A stretch of DNA of 49,096 nucleotides from the IMG/VR virus record IMGVR_UViG_3300005573_000128, positions 1-49,096 of that record. One strand, given 5' to 3'. How positions within the stretch are numbered: the stretch's first letter is position 1; each line of letters starts with the position of its first letter. This document shows positions 39,511 through 48,053 of the stretch, one piece after another. Source of the stretch: a virus. Its lineage: Duplodnaviria; Caudoviricetes. Below the pieces are notes generated by a model, which did no database searches, was not told where the DNA came from, and was given only the letters and a program-made list of their open reading frames with translations. The translations under genes were made by a program, and so were the position numbers.

Positions 39511-39854
39511 AAAGAAGAACAATAAAAAGAGAATTAGATAAACTATTTTCCCAATACTTACGCAAAATCGTGGGGAAATGTGAAAATTGCGGAAGAAAAG
39601 ATAATCTTCAAATTCATCATTTATTTTCAAGAAAATATATGGCTTTACGATACGACCCTGATAATATCCTAGTATTATGCCCAGGATGCCATTTTCACTT
39701 TCATAATAATCCGCTTCTTTGGGCGGAAAAAGCTAAGGCTAAACTTGGTGAAAAGAAATACAAAGAATTATTAGAAAAGGCTAAAAAGCCTAGAAAAATA
39801 ACAAATGAGGAATTATTTGAATTATTGGAATTTTTAAAAAAGGAGGTTTTATGA
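39507..39854 (+). CDS. HNH endonuclease (NinG-like)
   Basis: LDKLFS.Y.R, CENC, HH, N...LCPGCH. Confidence 0.85.
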   Translation: MKRRTIKRELDKLFSQYLRKIVGKCENCGRKDNLQIHHLFSRKYMALRYDPDNILVLCPGCHFHFHNNPLLWAEKAKAKLGEKKYKELLEKAKKPRKITNEELFELLEFLKKEVL

Positions 39855-40189
39855 GGTTTTTAGTAATACCCAAAAACACATACCCTCAGAACTTTGAATT
39901 AGTTATTGAAGGCAAAGTTTTTGAGGGTATGTATTATCATGGTATTTTAACAATACGCCATCAAGAAAATGAAATCTTCAAAGCAAGACTTGGTGGCGAT
40001 TTTGATAACTTCATTTCTTATCAAGACTTAGTGATGTTCTTATATTTAAATAAAGACAAACTAGGGGTTGAACGAATTACTTTCTGGGGAAGAATTAAAA
40101 ACACAGCGTTATTTATTAAAGAAATCCTTGGAGGTGTTTTATGCCAATTCCAAAAAGGAAAAAAGGAGAAACAAGAAAAGAATACATAA
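39851..40189 (+). CDS. hypothetical protein
   Basis: AGGAGG RBS; ATGA coupling. Confidence 0.65.
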   Translation: MRFLVIPKNTYPQNFELVIEGKVFEGMYYHGILTIRHQENEIFKARLGGDFDNFISYQDLVMFLYLNKDKLGVERITFWGRIKNTALFIKEILGGVLCQFQKGKKEKQEKNT

Positions 40190-40299
40190 GAAGATTAACT
40201 TCATTTTTTATTCACGAAGGCAGAAAACCTGACCAGGCTTATGCGATTGCTAATGATATTGTAAGAAGAATGGCTAATCTAAAAAGAAAAAAGAAATGA
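40141..40299 (+). CDS. small basic protein (52 aa, not in ORF track) with QAYAIA motif
   Basis: GGAGGT RBS; MPIPKRKKGETRKEYIRR...; ATGA coupling to 40296. Confidence 0.7.
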   Translation: MPIPKRKKGETRKEYIRRLTSFFIHEGRKPDQAYAIANDIVRRMANLKRKKK

Positions 40300-40598
40300 T
40301 AGAAGAAGTCCTAAAAGGGTTAGAAAAAAAGATAAAGCAACAATATTTGAAAGTGGGGGAGATTTCCCGTCTTTTGGGGGTCTCCCCCTCTTTAGTAAAG
40401 CGCTGGATTAAAAAGGGGGTGTTAAAAGCGGAAAAACATCCAATACTTTATCCCCAGTTAGGGGGTAGTTGGGTAGTAAAAGTTAGTGATTTTTTAAATT
40501 TTTTAATTGATTATTTAAAAGAAGAAACTTATAAAGAAAAAATAAAAAAGTTACAAAAGATGGCTAATAGCCATCAAGAAGCAAAAAAGGAGGAATAA
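40296..40598 (+). CDS. excisionase/MerR-like HTH DNA-binding protein
   Basis: YLKVGEISRLLGVSPSLVKRWIKKGVLKA. Confidence 0.8.
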   Translation: MIEEVLKGLEKKIKQQYLKVGEISRLLGVSPSLVKRWIKKGVLKAEKHPILYPQLGGSWVVKVSDFLNFLIDYLKEETYKEKIKKLQKMANSHQEAKKEE

Positions 40599-40864
40599 TG
40601 AAAGTCTTTGAATTTAAAAGCAAAACACATATTTGTTATTGCGGAAGCAGTCTTTTTAGGGCATACTGCTTCCAATTGGCAAAGGGCTTTATCGTGAGAA
40701 TTGAGTGTGAAAATGGACATCTTCAAGCAATTACTGAAACTCAAATTGAACCTTATTTAGAACCTTCTAAATTAGATAAATTGATTACAAAGGTAAAAAA
40801 GCAATGGGAAAATAAAGATTTTTCTAAAAAAGATTATTCAGCTCTATTAAGGGAGGACAAATGA
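40598..40864 (+). CDS. zinc-ribbon hypothetical protein
   Basis: CYCG...CENGH. Confidence 0.6.
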   Translation: MKVFEFKSKTHICYCGSSLFRAYCFQLAKGFIVRIECENGHLQAITETQIEPYLEPSKLDKLITKVKKQWENKDFSKKDYSALLREDK

Positions 40865-41121
40865 GAGAAATTGATAAGGAGTTTTTGGAAGATTGTAAAG
40901 CGGGTGAAGCTTTAGAATACATTATGGAACTTGTTAAAAATGGAGCGGATGTGAATGCTGTTGAGAATAAGGATAAAGAATTGGTTAAATATCTTTTAGA
41001 AAACGGGGCGAATGTTGATTACCAAAATTTTTGGGGTGAAACTGCTTTGATACTTGCCTGTAAAGGCGGAATGACTGAAATTGTAGAATTATTAATTCCT
41101 AAATTTGAGGAGAAAAAATAA
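40861..41121 (+). CDS. ankyrin repeat protein
   Basis: NGADVNA, NGANVD, GETALILAC. Confidence 0.85.
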   Translation: MREIDKEFLEDCKAGEALEYIMELVKNGADVNAVENKDKELVKYLLENGANVDYQNFWGETALILACKGGMTEIVELLIPKFEEKK

Positions 41122-41128
41122 AAAAATA

Positions 41129-41215
41129 TGGGATGGAGCAGTTTATTCTTTAACAATCAAACCTTCCTCAGTTTCACCTTTAAAATATAATTTGAAACGC
41201 ATCTGCTCCATCCCA
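41129..41215. ncRNA. 13-bp inverted repeat enclosing a 61-nt loop; possible small RNA or micro-cassette
   Basis: TGGGATGGAGCAG / CTGCTCCATCCCA; the loop is a 19-codon minus-strand ORF. Confidence 0.45.
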
Positions 41216-41243
41216 AAAATATGTAATTAAAAAAGGAGGGAAA

Positions 41244-41612
41244 ATGAAAAACAAAGGTTTTATAATTGAAGATATAAATGGAAAAATCGACATTAAACTT
41301 AAATTTCTTGATGGTTTTATTGATATTACTTCCTGGAATCTTACTTTTAATGGTATTCCGATTAGAAAACTTCAATTTTCTCTTTATGAAAAATTATGCT
41401 TAATGTTATTCGAAAAGGCGGAAAAAATTCTAACAAAAGAAAAACTTGAAGCTTTAAGAGAATGTTTAATTTGGGAAATTTTAGGGCGTGCGACAATAAC
41501 ATCTTATTCTTTTGATAAAGTTATTTTCCGAAGCAAAGATTTTAAAATCGCAATCACTTATCATAAAGAAAAACCAGAATATTGGATGGAGGATGAAGAT
41601 GCCAAGAAATAA
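41244..41612 (+). CDS. hypothetical protein
   Basis: AGGAGG RBS. Confidence 0.7.
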   Translation: MKNKGFIIEDINGKIDIKLKFLDGFIDITSWNLTFNGIPIRKLQFSLYEKLCLMLFEKAEKILTKEKLEALRECLIWEILGRATITSYSFDKVIFRSKDFKIAITYHKEKPEYWMEDEDAKK

Positions 41613-41817
41613 AGAGAATTATAAAATACAATGTGCTTATTGTTATCAAGTTCTTCCGCCTGAATATTGTTTAGTGGTAAAGAAATGGGATATTGAAGAA
41701 GGTAATTATGATTATGATGATTATTCTTTTTGTTCCGAAAAATGCTTAGAAGGGTTTTTAAAGAAAAATTTATTTAAATTATTAGGAAAAGAATTAAGAA
41801 TTGAAAAGGAGGAATAA
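41599..41817 (+). CDS. small zinc-finger (TRASH/MYM-like) protein
   Basis: CAYC...FCSEKC; GGAGG RBS favours start at 41599. Confidence 0.65.
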   Translation: MPRNKENYKIQCAYCYQVLPPEYCLVVKKWDIEEGNYDYDDYSFCSEKCLEGFLKKNLFKLLGKELRIEKEE

Positions 41818-42335
41818 TGAAAAGAAAAATAACAGCAAAAGAAATTATTGTATTATTTTTTATTTTAATTGGTTTCATCTTTTCATTTCGTGTATTGATT
41901 GAAAATTTTCATTTAGAAAAACAGCTTCAAAAATACCAAAACGCGGAAAAACATTCTCTTATTATTCCGCTTCAATATTATTTTAATAATTATTTAGATA
42001 CCATCTATTCTATTACTTCTTATCTTACGGGCTTGGATATAAAATATCTTTACGCAGTATCAGAAGTAGAAAGCAACCATAATCCAATAGTAGTAGGCGA
42101 CAAAGGAAGAAGCGTAGGTTTATTTCAAATCCAAAGCCAAGAATGGAAAGAATGCTTAAAACATCCCCTTATCAATGCTCTTACATTCGCAATCATTCTA
42201 AAAGGATTAGAAAAACGCTATGGACATATTACAATTGCTTTGTCTGTTTATAATGGAGGACCTAGTAATCCTAATCTAAAATATACTCAAAAAGTTTTAA
42301 AAATATTAGAAAAATTTGAAAAGGGGGAAAAATGA
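41817..42335 (+). CDS. membrane-anchored lytic transglycosylase (SLT family)
   Basis: N-terminal TM; EVES, GLFQI, YNGG. Confidence 0.85.
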   Translation: MKRKITAKEIIVLFFILIGFIFSFRVLIENFHLEKQLQKYQNAEKHSLIIPLQYYFNNYLDTIYSITSYLTGLDIKYLYAVSEVESNHNPIVVGDKGRSVGLFQIQSQEWKECLKHPLINALTFAIILKGLEKRYGHITIALSVYNGGPSNPNLKYTQKVLKILEKFEKGEK

Positions 42336-42723
42336 GAGATATTGATAAAGAGTTATTAAATGCTTGTTGGCTTGGTGATTTTAAAAAAGTTAAACAACTA
42401 TTAGAAAAAGGAGCAGATGTGAATGCCAGAGATGAAGACGGTTGGACTGCTCTAATAAAAGCTTCTTACAATGGTTATGAAGGAATTGCTGAATTACTGA
42501 TAGAATATGGAGCTGATGTGAATGCTCAAAATAAATACGGTGATACTGCTTTAATATATGCTTGTTGGAATGGTCATAAAGAAGTGGCTGAATTACTATT
42601 AGAGAAAGAGGTGCTGATGTGAATGCCAGGAATAAAGATGGTAATACTGCTTTAACGATTGCTTGGGAAAGAGATCATAAAGAAATAGTTGAACTCCTAA
42701 AATCCTATGGAGCAAAATTTTAA
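42332..42723 (+). pseudogene. ankyrin repeat gene with a frameshift near 42608
   Basis: ORF stops at 42622, but the ankyrin repeat continues in another frame at 42610-42723 (GADVNARNKDGNTAL...GAKF). Confidence 0.75.
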
Positions 42724-42734
42724 AAGGAGGTAAA

Positions 42735-43049
42735 ATGAGAGATGAAAGAGATTATGCTTTATTTTGGTATGCTATTTGGGCTTATAATTTTCTTAGAGAT
42801 TATACAAAAGAAGAAATAAAAGCATTAGTTTTAGAGATTGGTGACCTTACTCAAGCTTTTCCGCTTCAAGCCCTTCCTTTAAGGAAATGGAAACTGAAAT
42901 TTAAGAAACTGGCTGATAAAGAATTAACCAGTTATCAATTACTTGCTCTTCTAATGGTTGGAATGGATATTTTAGTAGATGGTGATATATCAAAAAATCA
43001 TCCTGATTTTCAATATTTAAAACTTGCTAAAAAAGTAGTTGAGCTGTAA
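42735..43049 (+). CDS. hypothetical protein
   Basis: AGGAGGT RBS. Confidence 0.7.
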   Translation: MRDERDYALFWYAIWAYNFLRDYTKEEIKALVLEIGDLTQAFPLQALPLRKWKLKFKKLADKELTSYQLLALLMVGMDILVDGDISKNHPDFQYLKLAKKVVEL

Positions 43050-43052
43050 AAA

Positions 43053-43976
43053 ATGATTGAGCCTTATTTTGAGATGGATTTAAATTATATTCCGCGTTAT
43101 AAGAAAATAATTTATGAGAATGAGAAGATGATTGTCTACGAGGATGGAAGTATATATCACAAGGATAACAGGCTGAATAATTTGACTAATAAAGAATGGA
43201 TGAAGTTTACGAAAAGTTGGTTTATTTTAGAAACCAGGAAAAAACGAGATATGGATATTTTACAACATCCTGCTACTTTTCCTGATGAATTAGCCTTAGA
43301 ATTTATCAAATTCTTTACAAAAGAAGGACAAATGGTTTTAGACCCAATGGTTGGTGTAGGTTCAACTTTGGTTGCTTGTGTGGAAACGGGAAGAAATGGA
43401 ATAGGAATAGATTTAAATGAAAAATACGCTAAGATTGCTAAAAAGAGACTGCTTAAATATAATACTAATCCCTTATGGCCAGATATTGCTAAAAAAGTTC
43501 ATATTACATATTATGTTGCTGATGCTTTTGATATTGATAAATTAAATCTTCCGCCTATTGATTATTGTATTACTTCTCCGCCTTATTGGGATGTGCTTAG
43601 AGAAAAAGGATTGGAAAAACAAAAAAAGCGGAAAGAAATGGGTTTGGATACCTATTATTCCGATGACCCAAGAGATTTAGGTAATATATCTGACTACAAT
43701 GAGTTTTTAGATAAATTAACTGAGATTTTTAAAAAAGTATATGATGTTCTTAAACCAGGGGTTTATATGACGGTGATTGTTAAAAACATCAAGAAAAAAG
43801 AAAAGAAATATCCTTTAGCTTGGGATTTAGCTTCTAAACTTTCCACTTTTTTTGCTTTAAAAGACGAAAAAATTTGGTGTTTAAACGAAGAAAAGCTAAG
43901 ACCTTATGGCTATAAATATGCCTGGTCCAGCAATACAATACATCATTATTGTTTAAATTTTAGAAAAGAAACCTAA
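43053..43976 (+). CDS. DNA N4-C/N6-A methyltransferase with motif I before motif IV
   Basis: HPATFP, DPMVGVG, TSPPYW. Confidence 0.9.
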   Translation: MIEPYFEMDLNYIPRYKKIIYENEKMIVYEDGSIYHKDNRLNNLTNKEWMKFTKSWFILETRKKRDMDILQHPATFPDELALEFIKFFTKEGQMVLDPMVGVGSTLVACVETGRNGIGIDLNEKYAKIAKKRLLKYNTNPLWPDIAKKVHITYYVADAFDIDKLNLPPIDYCITSPPYWDVLREKGLEKQKKRKEMGLDTYYSDDPRDLGNISDYNEFLDKLTEIFKKVYDVLKPGVYMTVIVKNIKKKEKKYPLAWDLASKLSTFFALKDEKIWCLNEEKLRPYGYKYAWSSNTIHHYCLNFRKET

Positions 43977-43989
43977 AAAGGAGGAAAAC

Positions 43990-44310
43990 ATGGAAGAAAG
44001 AAAAGAAAACTTATCATTTGTAATATCAAAAGAAACGAAACAAGGGAAAATGACAATTGGTTATATTCCTGTTGATGAAATTCCGCCGAAAGCTCCAGTA
44101 GGAAGAAATCCCTTTTATATGGCTCTTTTAAGGAAATTCTTAGAAGATAAAAACACAAAGAAAGCGAAAATCTATTACGAAGGTATTCCACCTCGAAAGG
44201 TTGCTACTTTATTATTTTGCTCCTTAAAACATTTAAAGAAACAAAATCCCAATATAAAAATCAGCATCTACAAAAGAAACGGTGAAGTTTATATTGAAAA
44301 ATCGGAATAA
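43990..44310 (+). CDS. hypothetical basic protein
   Basis: AGGAGG RBS. Confidence 0.65.
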   Translation: MEERKENLSFVISKETKQGKMTIGYIPVDEIPPKAPVGRNPFYMALLRKFLEDKNTKKAKIYYEGIPPRKVATLLFCSLKHLKKQNPNIKISIYKRNGEVYIEKSE

Positions 44311-45065
44311 TGATAAACACAATAATTTGCGGTGATAGTGAAAAAGTCCTAAAAGAATTTCCTGATAACTGGGTTGATGCGGTTATTACTTCTCCACCTT
44401 TTAATCTTCACAGAGCTTACGATGTTTATAACGATGATGTAGAATGGGATAAATACTTTCAAAAATTGTTCGCTATTCTCAAAGAGTGTTTCCGCGTTTT
44501 AAAGGATGATGGAAGACTAATAATTGAAATTCAACCTGCTTTTTCTAAATATATGCCTACCCATCATATCGTTTCTAATTTTCTTTTAAACGAATTGAAA
44601 ATGCTTTTCTATACCGAAATTATATGGGACAGAACCTATTATAACGCAAGAATAACGCAATGGGGCTCTTTTTGTCTTCCTTCAATGCCTTATTTCCAAA
44701 ATACTTGTTCTTTTATTCTTGTTTATTCCAAGAAAGAAAGAAAGCATAAAGGGGAAAAAAAGAATGCCGATATCTCACCTTTAGAATTTAAAGAATGGAT
44801 AACAGGAAAATGGCAAATTACACCAGAAACTGATTTAGAAAAAAGATATAATCATCCTGCTCCTTTTCCAGAAGAACTTGTTTTCCGCCTTATAAAACTT
44901 TTCACTTTCAAAGGAGATATCATCTTAGACCCATTTTGCGGAATAGGAACTACTTGTATAGTCGCAAAAAAACTAGAAAGAAACTTTATCGGTATCGATA
45001 TTTCTCCTAATTACTGCGAAATAGCAAAAAAACGACTGAAACAACTAGACTACAAACTAATTTAA
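44310..45065 (+). CDS. DNA N4-C/N6-A methyltransferase, beta class
   Basis: TSPPF, HPAPFP, DPFCGIGTT. Confidence 0.9.
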   Translation: MINTIICGDSEKVLKEFPDNWVDAVITSPPFNLHRAYDVYNDDVEWDKYFQKLFAILKECFRVLKDDGRLIIEIQPAFSKYMPTHHIVSNFLLNELKMLFYTEIIWDRTYYNARITQWGSFCLPSMPYFQNTCSFILVYSKKERKHKGEKKNADISPLEFKEWITGKWQITPETDLEKRYNHPAPFPEELVFRLIKLFTFKGDIILDPFCGIGTTCIVAKKLERNFIGIDISPNYCEIAKKRLKQLDYKLI

Positions 45066-45074
45066 TTTAAAAGG

Positions 45075-45127
45075 ATAGGGCGTTCTAGGGATTAAATCAC
45101 CCTTTTTCCCTAGGACGCCCTATTTTT
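45075..45127 (+). terminator. intrinsic terminator
   Basis: 17-bp stem ATAGGGCGTTCTAGGGA/TCCCTAGGACGCCCTAT (one G-U pair) followed by a T tract. Confidence 0.7.
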
Positions 45128-45138
45128 ACCCCCTAAAT

Positions 45139-45235
45139 CCCCTTTATTTGGCTTTATAAAAGGCGATCTCCTAAGGGGTAGGGTTCTTACCTTACCCCCT
45201 AAGAGAACGCCTTTTATAAGCCAAAATAAAAGGGG
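45139..45235. repeat. ~97-bp imperfect palindrome; inverted copy of the 1247-1348 element
   Basis: 45143-45169 is the exact reverse complement of 1318-1344 (27 nt). Confidence 0.85.
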
Positions 45236-45283
45236 TTTTTGAGCAATTTTAAAAATATCTTTCAAAAATAAAGAGGAGAAAAA

Positions 45284-45346
45284 ATGGCGTTTATTATTTT
45301 AATAATTTTAATTTTATTATATCTTTATTCCGCTATAAAGTCTTAA
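45284..45346 (+). CDS. possible 20-aa hydrophobic micropeptide MAFIILIILILLYLYSAIKS
   Basis: GAGGAG RBS; similar to 236-301. Confidence 0.35.
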   Translation: MAFIILIILILLYLYSAIKS

Positions 45347-45369
45347 ACTTAAAGGCGGAATAAAGATAT
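45319..45369. promoter_or_regulatory. 15-bp inverted repeat built on TTCCGC/GCGGAA
   Basis: ATATCTTTATTCCGC...GCGGAATAAAGATAT just upstream of the RBS of the gene at 45392. Confidence 0.55.
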
Positions 45370-45391
45370 TTAACTTAAAAAGGAGGAAGCA

Positions 45392-46822
45392 ATGAAGAAA
45401 GGTAATTGGAGGATTTATTCCTCCAATAAAAATATTTTAAAATTCTATGAAGATTTGAAGGATTATTTTTCAATTTTCAGACACTATGTAAATTGGCGAT
45501 ATTTCAGCAGACAAGAGCTGAAAGATACTATTATCTTTTCAACAAGTCGTGTTGAATATAATTCCCAATTGTTTGAAAATTTTGAAATAACTTTAGATAA
45601 ACAATATCTATCATGTGATGCTGTCAGATACTTAAGTTCCTTTAATGGAGTTTATGAATTGGATTTTGGAGTAGATAAAGTAATTCGGATATTTGAAACT
45701 AATACCCAAAAATCCATCGGCTATTATATTCCCGCAATGAATACTTTTCTAGCTGGCAATTGGTTGTATTCCGATTTATGCTATGAAATCTATAAAACAT
45801 TTGCGGATGATTTGAAGAAACTTTTTAAGAAAATAGAGGTTAAGCCGATAGAAATTCTCTTAGGGATGGACCCAGAATTAGAGGTATGGCATCAAAATTC
45901 GTATGTTAAGGCAAACGAACTTTTGCCATTCTCTGGTCATCTAGGAACTGATGGAAGTGGTTGCCAAGTAGAGCTTAGACCGTCTCCCTCACCAAACGAA
46001 GACAAATTGGTTGAGAATATTAAAGATCTTTTAATAAGATTTCACAGGAGCTATCCAAATTACAATCTTCTTGTTTCTGGTGATAAATACCCTTTAGGCG
46101 CTCATATTCATTTTAATCTTCCAATGGATAGAAATTTTATATTGATTTTAGATGACTTCTTAGGACAATGGCTATTACCATTATCTGGAAAAGCGAGATC
46201 GCATTATAAACATTTATCTAATGTTGAAACCAAAATTTATGGTTTTGAATACAGAAGCCTACCCTCCGCAATCTTATTAACACCAGAAATTTTAACTACA
46301 GTTTTAAAGATTGCCAAAAGATTAGCTTTCGAATTTTATTTCGAGAATGGTGTGAGTGATTTTTCCGAATTAGAAATCCAAAGATTGGGATTAGAAAAAG
46401 AATATCAAATATTATTTGACTTTATCAAAAATTATTGGCAAATGAACAAAAATATCTTATACCAATGGGGAATAATTACAGAAGAAGAATTAGAAAGACA
46501 GTTTTCTATTGTTTTTAGAGACGATTGGCATCCTTGTATCTGCGATTATGTTTATAAATATCTTTTAAAAAAATTAAAAGAAATGAAATTCGAGGGGGAA
46601 ATTATAATATTCGGGCTAAAAGAAGACAGGGGAGAAGTAGTTTATGGGTTTGATAGTGCTTATTACAAAAGAATTCCAGACGATACTTTTAGTTTTAATC
46701 ACAATCATATCTATGGTTTACCTTATTCGTTAAGAATGAATTTAAACATTGAAAATGAAGCAGAAGTAAAAAGATTAGAAAAAGTTTTGGAAGAAATTAT
46801 TTTAGAAATTAAAAGGAGGTAA
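45392..46822 (+). CDS. COOH-NH2 ligase type 2 (phiEco32-like amidoligase)
   Basis: GMDPELE, GTDG...VELRPSP, GAHIHF, GFEYRSLPS. Confidence 0.85.
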   Translation: MKKGNWRIYSSNKNILKFYEDLKDYFSIFRHYVNWRYFSRQELKDTIIFSTSRVEYNSQLFENFEITLDKQYLSCDAVRYLSSFNGVYELDFGVDKVIRIFETNTQKSIGYYIPAMNTFLAGNWLYSDLCYEIYKTFADDLKKLFKKIEVKPIEILLGMDPELEVWHQNSYVKANELLPFSGHLGTDGSGCQVELRPSPSPNEDKLVENIKDLLIRFHRSYPNYNLLVSGDKYPLGAHIHFNLPMDRNFILILDDFLGQWLLPLSGKARSHYKHLSNVETKIYGFEYRSLPSAILLTPEILTTVLKIAKRLAFEFYFENGVSDFSELEIQRLGLEKEYQILFDFIKNYWQMNKNILYQWGIITEEELERQFSIVFRDDWHPCICDYVYKYLLKKLKEMKFEGEIIIFGLKEDRGEVVYGFDSAYYKRIPDDTFSFNHNHIYGLPYSLRMNLNIENEAEVKRLEKVLEEIILEIKRR

Positions 46823-46827
46823 AAACA

Positions 46828-47553
46828 ATGTGTGTAATAGCAATAAGTCATTCTGGGGAGAAATTCCCCAGAGAAACCTTGGAAAAAATGTTTGATGCGA
46901 ATCCACATGGGTGTGGGTTCGCATATGTTGAGGATGAAGTTGTAAAAGTCAAAAAAGGCTTTATGGATTTTAATGATTTCTTTCAAGCATATGAATTAAT
47001 TCCAAATGTGGTACATGCCATACATTTCAGATTTAAAACACACGGTGAAATATCTCAATCTTTAACGCATCCTTTTCCGCTTGATAAAATTATTCCTCCT
47101 GACCAAATAGAATTTGAGACTCAGTCAGCTTTTTTCCATAATGGAACGATAGAATACCATAAAACTTTACTGTATTCGATATTTCCAAATTTAACAAATG
47201 AAGAAAAAGAAATTATACTTAAATATCCAGATTTATCTGATACTTTGGTGATGGCGGTATATTTAAAAGTAGTTAAGAATCTTGATTTTCTTAAATTCTT
47301 TTCCTCTAAATTTGCTATTCTAACGCCAGATGGAATTATAAAGTTTGGAAATTTCGTTAAAGAAGGGAATTTCGAATATTCCAATGTTTCATGGCGTTCG
47401 AGAGTGATTTATTCAGATAAACCTTGTCCATATCGGAAACATCGAGATAAATGCCCAACAAAGAATTATCGAAATTGCCCTTATTTCGACACCAAATGCC
47501 CTTACAATAATACTACTTATACCAATTTTCAAAATGGTTGGTATGTTATCTAA
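46828..47553 (+). CDS. class II (Ntn) glutamine amidotransferase
   Basis: N-terminal MC, NPHGCG, HFRFKTHG, HPF, HNG, SDT. Confidence 0.9.
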   Translation: MCVIAISHSGEKFPRETLEKMFDANPHGCGFAYVEDEVVKVKKGFMDFNDFFQAYELIPNVVHAIHFRFKTHGEISQSLTHPFPLDKIIPPDQIEFETQSAFFHNGTIEYHKTLLYSIFPNLTNEEKEIILKYPDLSDTLVMAVYLKVVKNLDFLKFFSSKFAILTPDGIIKFGNFVKEGNFEYSNVSWRSRVIYSDKPCPYRKHRDKCPTKNYRNCPYFDTKCPYNNTTYTNFQNGWYVI

Positions 47554-47582
47554 AAATTTAATTTTTTTAAAGGAGGTAAAAA

Positions 47583-48053
47583 ATGGAGAAAATAATTGAA
47601 ACTATTAGAAAATACGGTCTCCAATTTTTCGATGGAGACCAGAAGAAGAAGGCATTAAAAGGCTTGCTAAATGAGCTGAATAAACTTTTAAAAATAGATG
47701 TAAAACTCATTTTTAACTTAAAGGATAGATTGATGTATCAAATTACTGGCGGAGGAAGATATCATCCGACTAATCGGACAATTTATCTATACAAATTATC
47801 ATTTATGACTTTCTTACACGAATTAGCACATGTTTTTACAGTATCAGAAGCGGAAGCCCGAAAGATATCGCATTTTCTCTTCAAAGCTTCATTGCCTGAA
47901 AAATATGAAAACGCCAGAAGAAAGAAATTATTCTTCCATTTTCTATCTGATGAAGAGATTAAGGAAGGCGAAATTATATTAAAGAGATATTTGAATGAGC
48001 TGTTAAAATTTGAAGATAATTACGAAAAAGAAAAATTCTTTTCCGCCTTTTAG
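47583..48053 (+). CDS. zincin-like metallopeptidase
   Basis: GRYHP...TIYL...FLHELAH. Confidence 0.7.
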   Translation: MEKIIETIRKYGLQFFDGDQKKKALKGLLNELNKLLKIDVKLIFNLKDRLMYQITGGGRYHPTNRTIYLYKLSFMTFLHELAHVFTVSEAEARKISHFLFKASLPEKYENARRKKLFFHFLSDEEIKEGEIILKRYLNELLKFEDNYEKEKFFSAF

